Below are positions 24,401 to 39,400 of a stretch of DNA of 64,000 nucleotides, piece after piece (within the stretch, counting starts at the first letter, position 1; each line of letters opens with the position of its first letter). Origin of the DNA: Vicugna vicugna (lineage: Eukaryota); contig MU058221.1 of assembly GCA_013265495.1 (NCBI GenBank), positions 4,590,001 to 4,654,000 on the forward strand, read 5' to 3'. Below the pieces are notes generated by a model. It saw nothing but the letters and a program-made list of their open reading frames with translations. It had not been told where the DNA came from and did not search any database. The position numbers were made by a program, and so were the translations under genes.

Positions 24401-27400
24401 CACACATTGTTTGAGAATCAAAGGCCATCAGTACTCGTGTGGTTCTTGCCCTTGATAGTTTACAGTCTAGTTGGGGGCAAAGTCAGTAAACAGAGAAAAG
24501 AGGGGGAATGAGGGAGAAAGGAAGGAAGAGAACGAATGGTAAGGGCTTTGAAGGGACGAGCCCAGGGCTGACATAGCCAATAAGGGGGTGGGGTGGGGGA
24601 GGTAAATTAAATGCACGGCTACAGGAGGTAACAGTTGAGCTGTGACCCACGTGAAGAGCTCAGCCACGTGAAGAGCTCGGAGAGATGGCTTTCCAGGCAA
24701 AGGGGACAGGCTGTACGATGGCCTTGGGCACAAAAGAGACTCCTGCAGCAGAAGGGCGAGCAGCTCGGAAAAGACCGCAGGCCGGGGGCAGCTTAGCTGC
24801 AGAAGAGTCAGTAATGTTAGCTTCAGCTACCACGCACTGCACACTGCGTGCTCGCTCCCCTTGCCAGACCTGCTGTGGTAGTTTACACATATTAACCCTT
24901 TAATCCACACTGCCACCTTACAGGGTTGTCACTACTATTATCCCATTTTACCAGTGAGGAAACTGAGGCCCAGAAAGGTTAAGTAAACCATCAGAGCAGC
25001 CTGACTGTCTAGAAAATTCACAGCAAGTTACCAGCCTCCCAGCTCAAACTACAAAGAGCACAAAAAGCCTCCGTGTGGGGCTCGTGGCCTTGACCTACAC
25101 GGGCCAGGTTCTGCCATGGGCCCCAGGCCCTCATTCAGACCCTGGAGTTACAGGAGAGGGTGCAGTCTCCCTAGAATCTCTGGCACAGTTATGTTAGCCC
25201 CAGACTGATTCTTGTGTGTGTGTTTGTGTGTGTATATATAATTTTTTTTTATTGACGTATAGTCAGTTTACAATGTTGTGTCAATTCCTGGTCTATAGCA
25301 CAATGCTTCAGTCATACATGAACACACGTATATTCGTTTTCATGTTCTTTTTCACCATTAGTTACTACAAGATATTGAATATAGTCCCCTGTGCTGTACA
25401 GTATGAACTTGTTGTTTATCTATTTTACACACAGTAGTTTGTATCTGCAAATCTTGAACTCCCAGTTTATCCCTTTCCACCCCCTTCCCCCCTGGTAACC
25501 GTAAGGCTATTTTCTGTGCCCGTCGGGGCTCTTAAGCCCCAGGTCACTTCATGACCCAGGAGTTCCAGAGGGGATTTCTTCTCGCATGGCCGTGGACAGA
25601 AGACCTTCTGTGATGTTCTGCCTCAGACAGCAGAGCCTCTTAACTGTGGCTGATGCTCCTGGGAGTGAGGGTGGGCCCGTGGGGAGGGCCCCGCCAGGAA
25701 CAGGACCCCCCAACTGGGCCCCTCCTGCTTTCTGTGACGTAGGGTGGTATTTTCAAACTTTGTCTCCACCCACTCATGGGTGTGAAATCAACTGAGTCGA
25801 CCTCAGTCAGCATTTTTAAATGAAAGAGAACAGGCTTTCAAAAAGCACAAAATTGTATCGTGGAGAGTAAGGGAAATCTTACCTCACGAACTTTTGTTCT
25901 GGGAATTTGCATGCTTGGAGACCACATCACAATGTGAACTAGATTTGTTAACCATGGATTACATCAAATTTTGACAGCTCCTGGGCTGCGGGCCCCCATC
26001 ACGTACATGCTGACACAGGATGTTTGTCATGGGGTCTGTTGCTAATGTCTGCGTGCCCTTTTGTTTTTACCAACAATCAGATCTGCTTTGAGGGAAGAAA
26101 GAAATTATTATACAGAATAGAGACCCACAGACTTTTTCTATAAAGAGCCAGAAGATATTTTAGAGTTTTCAGGTCACATATAGTCTCTGTATGAATATTC
26201 TCTGAATGAACACTCTTGGATTCGTTTACTTTGGGGGTTCTGTTGGTTTTACAACCCTTTAAAAAGGTAAAAAACCATTCTCAGCTCAAGAGTCACACAA
26301 AAGCAGGCCCCAGAGGGCCGGAGGCGGCCTGCAGACCGGAGAGGGCCGACTCGTGACCCACGGCCGCCATGAAAGCGCACAGACCTCCCGTGGTCGGGGA
26401 CCTGCTGCAGGACCGCCCCGAGGGCCCTCGCTCTCGGCGGCTTTGTCCCGCGTAGGGCTGGTCTAAACCGGCGTGTTGCCTTCCCGTGCCCTTGTCTCCT
26501 TAGACTGTTGATAAAACAGTCCCTGGAGGATGTGCACGGTGAGAGGCAGGGAGGGGACATGAAGAAACAGCCAGGCCATCACTGAAAGCTGCCCGTTCAG
26601 AGTAAACTCCGGGGCCTAAGACATTTGGAGAGGCTGCTGCCGTCCGTTTTCATGACGCAGCTGTTCTGTGCCGTTTTGCTTTGCTTTCTTTTTTAAGCTC
26701 AGGGAGACCCTGGACCCGGCCCTGGAGCCCATCCTGATGAAACAGATCTTCACCAGCGGCGGGCGGCTGCTCATTCGCCTCGGAGACTCGGACATTGACT
26801 ACGATAAGCACTTCAGGTTCTACATGACGACCAAGTTGCCAAACCCGCGCTACCTGCCTGAGGTACGAGCTGCCGGCCCAAGACGGGGAGGAGGGCCGCG
26901 CGACGGGTCTCCTGCTTGGGGAGCGAGGACACGCCTGGGCCAGGTTCTCCTTGCAGCCTGGAGGGGTTCAGCCACACAGCCGCTGCCCCAGCTCGGGGCC
27001 CGAGTTCCCTTCGAGAGTTTAGAAAAGTGACCCGTGTTCTGACCCACAGCCTTTGACGTCTCACTTATTTAACTTTTGAGAGGGGACGTCACACACGTCC
27101 CCAGTCCTAGCTCTGTGACTGGGGGCAAATTAGTCCATTTCTTGGATCCCTGAGCCAATCAAATATAAAGCCCACTTCAAGGATTTGTGTGTGAAATACA
27201 TGACACTCAAACACTCTTCTTCCATTTATTGCTTTTGCTGTTGGCTTATTCGAGTCACACTGGACTATTATAGCAACAGTGTTTCATAAAAATAAGATGA
27301 GACCAAATACGGAAAGCTCTATTTACTGTCAGTAATAGCTTCCTGTTGACAAAGACAAACTATGCGGAAGTCACTATGACTGAGTGGTTTTTATTAGCCC

Positions 27401-30400
27401 ATCTAGTCCTCACAAATACCCTATGTGTTGTTCCTAGTATTCTCTCAATTTTTAAGGATCTGGAACTGGAGCTCAGAATGCAGTGGCTTGTCGGGCGTCC
27501 CACGTGCTCTGAAGGGCACAGCTGGAATCTGAGCCCTGCTTCTTTCTAACCATTCGCTGGCTCACCCTTCCTTGAAACGCCACGTAGGATTCTGTAACCG
27601 TGGCTTTCGCGGAACCAGATTGTCATTCACAGCAGCAGAGAGTGTCACAGTAGGACTCTGGGATTTCCTGTGCTCGGTGTGTGTGTGGGTGTAAGTGCAC
27701 TCACAGTTAGACCCAGGTAACATCCAGCTGGGCACCGATGAGCCGTGTTCCAACAGGGAAAGCACCTGTTTTATCAGTCTGACCCGAAGCGTTTTGATGT
27801 ACCCTGTGCCTCTCCTAGGTGTGCATCAAAGTCACCATCATCAATTTCACGGTGACCAAATCAGGTCTGGAAGACCAGTTGTTAAGGTAAAAAATGGTGG
27901 GGGGGCAAATATTTTTGTTTAGAAATTTTGACTGAGAAAAAGATTAGCTCGCAAATAGAGGGATGGGAGACATGAGTTCGCGTGTTTAGACAGATGAAGC
28001 CAGAGGTAAGGCCCCTTCTTAGATTCAATCAAGAACCGTTCACGGAGGTGGTGGGATTTCAGAGTCTCCCACATCAGTCGGAAAAGAATGTTTCAGGCAC
28101 CATTTGCAGGTTGACAGAAGCTGTCGTTAGAGACGGAAATTGAATGATTAGAGAGCGCAAGCACTGAGCAGGCTTTCCTACGAGAAGACGAGCAGAAGCT
28201 GCGGGAGCTGGGGGCAGGGTGCAGGGCCCTGAAATACCAGGTAAAGAGTCAGAACTCACATGTAGTGCAGTGAGTAGCCACTGTATAAACCCAGCGAAGG
28301 AGGCACCTTGTGCACTGGGGTTTGGCTGGTAGCATTAGTATTCAGAACAGGAACAATTAGAAACGTGGAAAAATGAAATACAAGCCACCTTAGGGCCCCA
28401 GCAGAGACCCAGCTTAGGTCTTCACTTTGGCATTAGCGATGTGGTGCGGCTTGAAAAGCCTGAGCTGGAAGAGCAGAGGATCAAGCTCATTGTGAGGATC
28501 AACACCGATAAAAACCAGCTGAAAGCTATCGAAGAGAAGATCCTCAAAATGCTCTTCACATCTGAGGGAAATGTTCTGGACAATGAAGAACTCATTGACA
28601 CACTTCAGGACTCAAAGGTGAGTGAAACACTTTTATTATTTATACAAAGTGTGTTAATTCGGAAGTTATCTACAGCCTTGGGGGTCCTGAAGAGCCTTTA
28701 AAGAATGGGAGCCACCCTTGGGCTGCCTGGGGCACACACACGGGCAAGCCTGGCCGGCAGGCTCCCCACCAAGCAGGGGAAGACACGTGAGCTGTAGTGA
28801 CCACTCCTCTTGTCCTGCCTGCCTTTTGGAAACAAAGCCTGTAACGTAAAGAACTGGGACACGATTTAAGCCGAAAGGAACAACACAATTACATGCTCAT
28901 TAATGTCACCCCCTCCAGGAAGCCTCCCTGGTCTTCCCAGCGGGAATTACTCACCTCCTCCTTGGAACACCTGTAGCACCGTACCTGCCTCTCTAATGCA
29001 GCACTTGTCACTGTCTGCCTTACGTCAGGGCCCTCCAATTACATGCCTTTTCTTTTCTGGTATGTTTTTAAGTTCTGCACAACAGGAATCTATTTTATAA
29101 ATCATGTGAGTTCTTGGCTTTCACCTCTGCCAGCTTAGCAACCCATTTTCCTGGGTCTGCTAAGTCACGACCACTCTGCTGTCTGCTTTCCACCTCTCAG
29201 ATTTCCTCTTCCATTCCTCCCATCTTTGTGGATTGGCAGTTTTTTAAATCACTTTGCAATAACTCTACCGTGGTTCCAGCAGTGGGTAAAGGTAGACACG
29301 TGTGTTCTGACCACCGTCTTTAGCTGTAAACTGTTTCCATTTGCAAGGTGTTGCCTTGAAGACACCCTTTCTGGCAAGTACAGACAGGACTGCATTTCCT
29401 GCCTGTGGTCTGTGCTCCCCTAAACCCCCTGGGCCCTCATTTAAACACAGGACTCACTCCTCTCCCACTGCTGAAGCCTCCAGTCGCCGGGCACAGTGTC
29501 TGTAAGTAGCTACTAAACTCAGCGGACGTGTACATTCTTCTCACATGCTCTGGCAAAGAGAAGAAAACGGGCCACTTCGCTTTCTCTTTAGCCCTGGGTT
29601 CTGGCGTGCTCACCCAGGAAAGAACTGTTTGGGAGTGAATCTGCAGGATCCAACTGCTCCCATGACAGCTTCCTTTCTTCTGCTCAGATAAAAGCTTTAG
29701 TTGAGTCCAGTATTGTTTCTCACCCAACTCTACCGCTTCTTGGCCCCTCAGGTTCCTAACAGGTCAATACCGGGAGAGTCTGAGCCTTGCCTTCCTGGAC
29801 GCAGCCTCTGCACTGTCCCTCCCTCCCCTCTCCCGGGGGCCGGGGTGGACAGTCTGGCTTAGCCACTAGCCACGGTGGCTGCTGAGCCCCTGAAATGTGG
29901 CGAGTCTGAATGGAGACGTGCTGTTAGTGTAAAATACCCACCAGATTTCCAAGATTTAGTCCCCCCAAAATGTAAAACTATCTGAGTAACTTTTGTATCG
30001 ATTATATATTGGTGTCTATCAAGATACATCAGGTTATACTGGGTTAAGTAAGATATGTTGTTAATTTAATGTTACTTGTTTCTTTTTGCTTTTCATAAAC
30101 TTAGAAAAGTTAGAATTGTATCTGAGGCTCACATTATATTTCCACTGGGCAGTGTGGCTCTGGACAGAAACCCAGTTGTCCCCTGCAGTCCTCCCCTCGG
30201 TAGAGCAAATACTGGCCTCTGGTCCCGGAGTGATTTTTCAGGGCCCGTGGCCTGGACCCTGTGACTTCCTAGAGGGAGAGCATCTCCCAGCCTAGGGGTA
30301 CCCACACCTGAGAGAGAGGAGCGGGGTGGTGGGGAACAGGGACAGACAGCAGTGGAGAAAGACAGGCTGAGGGAGACAGAAAGGGAATCTTGGAAAGCCC

Positions 30401-33400
30401 ACTGGCCAGAGGCGCCCCAGAGCCACAAATCCAAAGTACAGGAAACCAGAACAGCAAGAGATCTCGTCAGCGTCTCCAGCTTACTTACGTTTACCACCTT
30501 CCACAAACGACGGCTTCCAGCCCTGGGTTCCCTGTGTCCACACCCGGGATGCTGGGAAGAGGGAGAGGCATTCTCTTCTTTGTTATTCCAGAGCGGGACG
30601 TGGTGCCACGTCCTTCCAGCCTCTCCCCACCCCCCACTTCCTTGGGGGCAGTTTCATGGGGGTCCCTTCTCTCGTCATAACTCTTCATTACGTGAACCTG
30701 GGGACTGCTCACCAGGAAGTCGGGGAGCGACTGGAAGTGCGTGTTGGTGTTTCCTTCAGGGGTAACCCAGCTTCCAGGCTCAGACAAGCACTGCTCCGCT
30801 GCCTCCCGGGCCCCCTGAGTTGCCTCTTTCCATTTGCCCATCCCTGACTCCACGAGGAAAGGAGGGCAGCTCAGTCCAAAGGTCACTGAGTCCTGAGACT
30901 CAGTCATCTGCCCCCCCCTTTTTTAATTTTTCAGTTTTATTAGGTAGAGTTGTTACAATTCAGCTGCACATATACAATATATTGCATATAAATACATATA
31001 CACAATATACTGCACATATTTTTAAATTTATATGTACTGTTCATTGTTTCTTAGAACATTTACAGCTTTAGCTTTTTAAATTTACATAGTTATCAAAGGA
31101 ATAAAGCCCACCACAAAATAAGAATTAATTCAAAGAGATACATACACCCCGCTATTAACAGCAGCATTATTTGTAATTGCCAAGATATGGAAGCATCCTC
31201 AGTGCACATCAATAGATGGATGGATGGATGGATAAAGAAGTTGCAGCATATATATGTAATGGAATACAACTCACCCATAAGAAAAAAGGATATTTTGCCA
31301 TTTGCATGGGGGCACCCTTATTACAATCACGAATTCATTGTATCTTTATTACTTTCCTAGACCTAACTGGGTATGTTCCAAAAATCCCACTATGTTTTTG
31401 GAGACAAGAGCCTTAAAACTGGTTTCATTTATTTATTTAATTGATTTACAATGTGTTAATTTCTGGTGTCCAGACAGTGATTCATATATATGTATCTGAA
31501 TATATATGTATTCCTTTTCCTGTCCCCCCTTATTATAGGACATCACAGAGTAGGACCCTATGCCACACAGTAGGACCCTGTTCATTTCTTTTATACACAG
31601 TAGTTAGCATCTGCAAATCCCGAACTCCCAATTTCTCCCTCCCCTCTCACTTTCCCCTCTGGTAACCATAAATTTGTTTTCTGTGAAAACGACATGCTTT
31701 AGAAATGAAAGGAAGAATAAACAGACTCTACAGGGATCTTCCGGGAACGCAGCTTTGCACATCGGTGCACGGGGTCCTCCGCTCTGTCCCTTCACTCCTT
31801 CAGCGCCTTGCGGGGGTCTTGTTTTCTTCTGTTTCCTCAGATCACTTCCGGTGCCATTAAAATCAGGCTGAAGGAGGCAGAGTCCACGGAACAGATGATA
31901 AACGTTGCTCGTGAGAAGTACCGCCCGGTGGCCACTCAGGGCTCTGTGATGTACTTCGTGATCGCGAGCCTCTCGGAAATTGATCCCATGTACCAGTATT
32001 CGTTAAAATACTTCAAACAGGCAAGTGTCTTGGTGGTGGTGAAATGTATCTCCCTGACTCCCCCTTAAGCCCTGCCGAGCTACGTCCTGCCTCAGACAAA
32101 TCGTGGTCTAGCTGTCGGGCAAAATCCCCCGGGAGTTTGGGTTCCGACTGGGGTTCAAGCAGGGCTTCTAAGACGGCTGCCTGGTGCGCCCAGAACACTG
32201 CACAGAGGAGGGCGAGAAAGCGTCCCTGTAAGTTCCATTTTCCTCCTGGCCTCCTCGGCTCACAGCTTGCTTGGCTTCTGTCTTACCTGCCTTTCTTTTT
32301 CTGAGCCCCAGCCCCGTGCTATTTGACTCCGCTCTCTCTCCAGCAAACCAGCTTCTTTTCCATCGTTAGAGATTTCTGAGCGCATCCCAGTCTCAGACAG
32401 CACTGACCTTAAGCAAATGGGTTTCCGTATTTCCCCCCAGAACCCTTCCTGCAGCTGGCTGTCCTCCCAGCCCCGGCTTTGGTTTAGAGGGATGGCGCGT
32501 GCCCGTCTCCTCTCCCGTGTCCCGTCCCCACCCCCACCGTGTAACGGGGAGACTGTTTCACTGTGGTCTCTCCGCTTGGCCTCACTTTCACGGTTGGATT
32601 TCACCTGACCTCTCCTGAGTAGGGTACGTTCACCCCTCAGCCTCCTTGTTGGCAGCGTTCTAACATCTCCCCAAAGCAAATTCAGTGTCACAAACCTTTG
32701 GCCAGCAATGTCAGTTTACCTGAAGACTTCCGGGGGAGGCGGTCTGAATCACTCACTGCACAGCAAAACCCCTCTGTTCGCCTCCAGTTTCTCCCAGCCC
32801 GGGCCCCACATGGCCTCACGGGCTGTTTGCTGTCTGCCAGCTCCTGCTCCCTGGTCTGTGCAGAGCAGTCAAGCTCACCCCGGCTCCTCTAGTCCTCCGT
32901 GCTGATGCCCTCACACAGCTCAGCAGACACCTGCTCCATATGCGCCACTGCCAGTAGAAAACGGTGGGAAATTGTAAACATACCCCCTTCCCCTGCAACA
33001 CACCTCTATGTCCTGCTCTGTGCCCCTGTGCTCAGGCAGTGCTGGCTCTCAATCTGAAGCCAGGCCGGCCCAGGCCTCGTGGTTTTAAAACACTGCCCTG
33101 CCCACGTGGGTCTAAAATGGATTTTCACAGACGTTGCCCATCACACACAGTTCGTGGCCCAAAGCCACAGCCAGGCTGTCCCTGTCCTGTCTCTAAAGCC
33201 ACATCTCCTACCAGACTGGCCAACAGCCAGGCGGACCCTTTCACATCCCCTGGACTCCCTGGATGCTTCCATGTTTATGATGCTCTCTGTTTAGAAGGCC
33301 CCCCCGCCACCGGCATCAGTGCCACCTTCTTTAGTGAAGCCGGCTGCTGCGCTGCTACCGTCTGGGGCGGGATGTCCAAAACGGTCACTCACGTGTTTGT

Positions 33401-36400
33401 GCTGTTGACCGCGGCCTCCAGCGGCCTCTCCATGTGGCTTGGGCGCTCACAACATGGCACTTGGGTTCCAAGAGGGCAGCTCCAAAAGCCAGTGTTCTAC
33501 AAAGCCAAGATGGCCTGGCTTTGGACTTGAGCTGGGGTCTCTTGGTCAAGCCGGTCCCTAAGACTAGCCCAGCTTTGGGAGGGCAGGACTTAGACTCCAC
33601 CTCTCAAGAGGAGGGGTAGCAAACGGCTCCAGCAGTCTTTGATCCAGCACGTCTGAGCCGCCTCTTCCGCACCCCCGCCACGTCACCCCCACCTCCCCCA
33701 CCGCAGTGCTCAAGCCCCACGGGACACTTCCTGTGGGCTTCAAGACTGAAGAGGTGGTTTCCATCCCACCATAAAAAAGCTGTTGAAATACTCAAACACT
33801 TTTTATACACACGAGCCCGAGCCTGGTTTTCCCTCAAGGTGTCTTGTTCAGTGCCCTTGACATGGTTAGGGGTCCAGCAGCAAGAGGAGTTGCAGGAGAG
33901 AGTGGAAATGAAGAACTGAGAGAAATGGAGAGGCGTGTTGTCCAGATGCCCCCGGGCTCCCTTCCAACAGGAAGTGCTCACTGAGTCTGGGGGAGCTGGG
34001 GTGAGGAGCAGGGTTTTTTTTTCCTCCAGAGAAACTGAGTTAAGTCAGAGATGCTGACAGAGTCCCCTTCCACAGCTGTTCAACACAACCATTGAAGCCT
34101 CTGCGAGGACAGACAGCCTGCAGCAGCGCATGGAAGTGCTGCTAGAGCAGACGCTCCTCGCCGCCTACGTCAACGTCTCGAGAGGACTTTTCGAACAACA
34201 TAAACTCGTCTACAGCTTCATGCTCTGTGTTGAGATCATGCGTCAGCAAGGACGCTTAACGGATGCTGAGTGGAATTTCTTCCTCCGAGGTTCTGCAGGA
34301 TTAGAAAAGGTACCTGTTCCACGTTCAGGCCGTGAGGGTTGCTAGGCAGAGCCCACGTGCACCTACCAGTGCTCCGCAGTGACTCGGGCGGCTGAAGGTG
34401 ACACATCTGGCTGGTGGCCCACTGGGGGAGGGCCCCGGGGGTCGGGGACCCAGGCGACAACTTAGTTCTGTCTTGAGTAGCTGAGTAATGTCGGTAACAA
34501 CCTCCTTATGCAGCAATGCCCGCACCTGTAGGAAACAGATGTTGGGAGTAACCAGTGAGCTAGTAGATGTGAACATGTTTTGAAAAGTTGACCACCTTAA
34601 AACAGGAGGAGTTCAAAGCCAGTAAAAGCTGTAGCCCCCAGACCTGGCCATACCGACTGTGAAATCCTAACCCTCTCTTCCCCGGACGCATCCTTCGTTA
34701 CAAAGCCCGGCGACGGCGAGAACTTCATTGCTGCCCTCTGTGATACTGCGGTACGAGTTCTGCTACAGCTTCCCTCTTCACGTTTATCCATTTGTCTGAC
34801 TGGCCCCAGACTGGTCTAACTCATCCACGTACCACCAGCCTGGTGGCCCACAGAACGGAGGCACAGTCCTCCAGCTCTTGCCTGCAGGTCCGTCCAGCCC
34901 AGCTCTGCAGGTCTGGGCTCTGTCCTGTCGATCTCGAGCCCGGCCCTGGGCCCCTACAGACCGACCTGACACCTGCACCTGTTTGCCAGAATTTGAGCCT
35001 CGGTGTATCACTGGGACATTGGACTTTGTGCTTTTATTTGACTCTCAGCACCCTGTGCTTCCCGGACAAGCTAGTCAAGACCTCTCCACCAGGTGGTCCT
35101 TCTTCCCTGACCCCCCCCCACCTGCACACAGACATTTTCTGCTAACCCTGGCTTAACGCTGTCTTACCTCCACCATCACAGTTAACACCTACAGAGGGCC
35201 TGCTGTGTGCTTTACGCGTATCAGCTCATTCACTTCAGGACTCCTGCTGAGTGAGTTCCTAATTTTATCTCTAGTCTGCAGGTAAGTTGACTAGGCACAG
35301 AGAGATTAAGCCACGCATCGTGATCACGTTCTCAGCAGGGTGTGGAGCTGGGGTTCGGCCCTCGCAGTCGGTCTGTACGGCCCGCCCTCTCGCCCCTTCG
35401 CTCTACTGCGACCGTCAGTCGCTCAGCCGGGCGCTTCTCGGTATTCTTGCTGACAACCTTGTTTATGGTTTTCTCAGCCAGAGGCTCCGAGGGGTTAAAG
35501 ACCTTTCCAGTATCACCTAATAGCTAATAATGCATGAGAGTGAGATGCAGACCCAGGTCCGACTTTCCGAAGCCCCACGTCCATTCCAGTGCCACCTGCC
35601 ACTTCTCATGAGCAAAGTATTTTGAAAAGAAATTTAAAATGGGTTTTAACTATCACCAAGCTTGAAATGTAAGATTACTCAGAAATCATCTTCAGAAACT
35701 TCTCCAAAGTTGTCTTTGTTTTTTCAAATTAAACTTTCTTTTCCTCCACCATGAGGAGATTTGAATGAATCTTGACTGATTTTTTTTTTTAGAAATGTGT
35801 TTAGGACCTCTTATCTAGTTCCTATATTTAGTTACTCATTTTTTATATTAATAGATCAATAGAATCAATAAAATAAAGCCTTTAAAAAATACAGGATCAC
35901 CTTAGTGGATGAAGAAAAAGTATCTGACAAACCCAATACCCTTTTGCCATAAAAGCACAAAACAAGCCAGAAACAGAGGAGAACTTCCTCAGCCGGATAA
36001 AGAGCACATATTGACACCACGTCAGTCTGACACCACGCCTGAGGGCGGGAGCCTGGACGCGTTCCCCCGAAGGTCAGAAGCAAGACAAGGCTGTTCCACT
36101 TCTTCCCAACACTGCCCTGGAAATTCTTGCCAGGTCAGTTAGACAAGAAAGTGAAATAAAAGGCATCCAGGGGGTAAAGGAAGAAGTAGAACTGTCTGTG
36201 CAGACGACATGGTTTTGTACAGAAAACACTAACGAACCCACTTGAAAAAAAAACTACCAGAACTAGTAAACGAGTTTAGCAAGGCTGCAGGGTACAGAAT
36301 ACAAGACTAATTTGGATTTCTACACACTTGCCATGAACAACATAAAAAGGAAATTAACAACATAAGTCCATTTACAACGGCATCACAAAGAATAAAATAC

Positions 36401-39400
36401 TCCAGAGTAAATTTAACAAAAGAAGTTCACACTTTACACTCTGGACCACAATCACAGCTGCTCCTCTGCCCCTTTTAAAGCTGTTTACCCACATGCAGGC
36501 GCCTCACGGAATATTGCCAGATGGCACAGTGCTTCTCCCAGAAGTTTCTGAGCGTGTGTGAGATGATCAGACGCGCACGCGCCCAGCCCAGCTGGAATGA
36601 GGCTGCCGCTGGTTTTGCCACGGGGGGCTTTCCCTACCTCCTAGACGTGAGACCGTCTGGGTACTGGATTCGCAAACTAGTTCTCTAGAGAAAAAAATCG
36701 TTAATATAAGGATATTTGAGGGGCAGGGAGAGACAGGTGCGGCGTGTTGGAGAAGATGCTAGAAGTAGACTTTACAGATTTAGCTTTCACCCTTCACCAG
36801 ATGAGCTGCTTTCTGCCCACGTCAGCACGAAGAGCTGTCATCACTGCCCTTCCACTCAGCGGCCTGCAGGCAGAGCTGACTCAGCATGACCTCTGTTTCA
36901 CCATATCTTGTACTTGGCCTGGGTAAAGGGTTATTGTTAACATGCTGTTAGAGGTTTTTCACTTAGACAAGGTGAAAGCATATTTTGTGGCCGTCTTTGT
37001 GAATCAGCGTTCATTTTCTGTCTTCTGATAGGAACGCCCACCCAAGCCTGACTTCCCCTGGCTGCCTCCTGCCATGTGGTTCGCATGCTGTGACTTAGAA
37101 GAATTATTTCCAGTTTTTACAGGACTTACAGACCATATAGTGCTACTTCCTATTTCCATACGCATAGGTAATATGTCAAGAAGGGCCCGCCACGGGATTT
37201 GTACATCAGCTTGTGAATCCTAACTTTAAGGTCTCCTTTAACCTCTCCTGCAATACCGATATTTTTCACAAGGAAATATCTTTACTATTAAGACGTTATG
37301 AAATTTACTTGTTTTCCCAATGTCTTGAGTGCTTGGCCCATGAATTTTCAATATTTCATGTTTACTACTATACGCATTTTAAGGCGATACACTGACCTCT
37401 AAGTATTGTTTTAGCTGCCTCCCATAGGGTTTTTTAAAAAAAAAAACAACTTTTTACTGAAGGATAACAGACATAGGGAAAAGTGCACAGATCAAAACTG
37501 ACAACCTGGTCATTAAAGTGACTATACTTGCGAGCCACCACCCAAATGAAGGGCCAGACCAGCGGCAGCATCACAGGATCCCCTCACGCTCCTTCACGGG
37601 CCTCTTCCCCGGAAGTCGTGCCTCATCTGAATTCTAACCTGCCGTGTGTTACTTTTCCCCCACAGGTTTTAACATGTAGCCCTTTCGATTCTAAAAGTAT
37701 ACTTTTCAGTTCAAAAGCATTTAGGATTTGGGGAGGACTATCTTTTAACTGTTTATAATTTAATTATATTGTAGAAATTATACTCATGGTTTGCATGAAA
37801 TTGATTCTTTGTAATTTCTTTACATTTCAGTTTATGGACAATGTTCCCAGGTGTGTCTTTTCTTGGATGCAGGATTCCATATGTGATCTTTAGTCCAAAC
37901 CTATCCATTATAGTGCTTATTTTACTGTTTTTTTATGCTTTGTCAGTTATTTTACTGTTTTTAGACCTAGCAGTCTCTAAGAGAGGTGTATTAAGGTATA
38001 CCATTATGACTGGTAATCTCTCTTTGTAATTCTGGACTCTTCCCCATTATACCTTGTGGAACTGATGCTGTTAAGTATAAACAGGTTTAGGATTATCCTC
38101 CTCCTAGCAAACTGTTCCTTTTTTATTAATATTCCTCTTTACCCTCAACAGTGCTTTTTTTGCCTTAAAATATATTTTCTAGTGTTAACAGTATCACAGC
38201 AGGACTCTCGTCATGAGCTTCCCCTCTGTGTGTTTCTACGCTGTCTTCAACTCTTGTGTCACCATCATGTTCTGGTGTATCTTTAGTGGGGGTCTGTTGT
38301 TCTGAGCAATGTGAGTCTCTTTTTCACCAGGCAAGTTTTAATCTAATTATTATAAGGATGGTCTTTAATCTATTTCAGTGGCTCTCAACTGGGGAAGATT
38401 TTGTCCCGCAGGGGACATTCAGCAATGTCTGAAGGCATTTTTGGTGGCCACGACTGGGGTGGTGCTGTAAGCAACCAGCAGGTAGAAACCAGGCGTGTGG
38501 ATCAGAACAGCCTCACAACAGATGACCACTTGGCCCCACGTGGCAGCAGTGGCAAGGCTGAAGACCCCTTCTGTCATTGTATTTTGTAGGGAAGTTTTTT
38601 CTTGGCAGGCTTTTTCTTTGCTTCATTTTTACTTCTTGTTTCTTGCCTTCAGGTCAGTTAGTTGTCCACATTCTTTTTAAATTTCCCCTGTACTGATCTG
38701 AAGTTCCGTGTTCTATGTCTGTTTTTTAGTAATGACTCTTCTATTTCTCATATGAAAATCTATTTAACTGAGTACACCCAGTAAGTGTGGTGGTTCCAAG
38801 TCTGCATGGACCAGAATTTTTGGGATCCTAATACACTCATTTGATTTCTAAATAAAGACTAGAAGAAAATAAAATGCTCTTCCATAGATGAGTCAAATAA
38901 AAATTATGTTTCTATATTGTGGGCCAGTTAAACAAGACAGCTAGAGGTAGAGGAAGAATGCAGAAAAGAGCGTCACTCACAGGAGAAGCCGTGTGATGGC
39001 AGTCAGGACAGACCCAAAGCAGAAGGAGCCCCATGCAGCCTCATGAACAGGGAGGCAGAGAGAAGGGGAGGAGGGGAGGCTGAAAGGCTGGAAGAACAAG
39101 TCATCATGTTTGGACAAAAGGCACCATGTTAACCCTGCCAACTGGGACTAAAATTTCAGCAATTTAAGTTTCCTGCTTTTCATCTGCTAAATTTCAAGGT
39201 TTATTCTGGAAAAATCCTGCAGAATCGTGAAGGCTTGCACATCTGGTAGGATGCCTTGTGTTCTAAAAGTGAACTTTAACATCTTTGCACGTGAAGTTTA
39301 ATGATTAATTTCAATGCCAGTCTTACCTTCAGAGGCTCCCTACTTGCCTCCATCTTTCATCTCTGATGGTTTCTAAGTGCTTCATGTCCTGTTAGCTGAG

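Noticed and set aside
32964..33530. 188-aa intronic ORF and similar ORFs (4628-5092, 12375-12854, 30352-30765)
   Set aside because: Expected by chance in GC-rich intron; no motifs or supporting splice structure.
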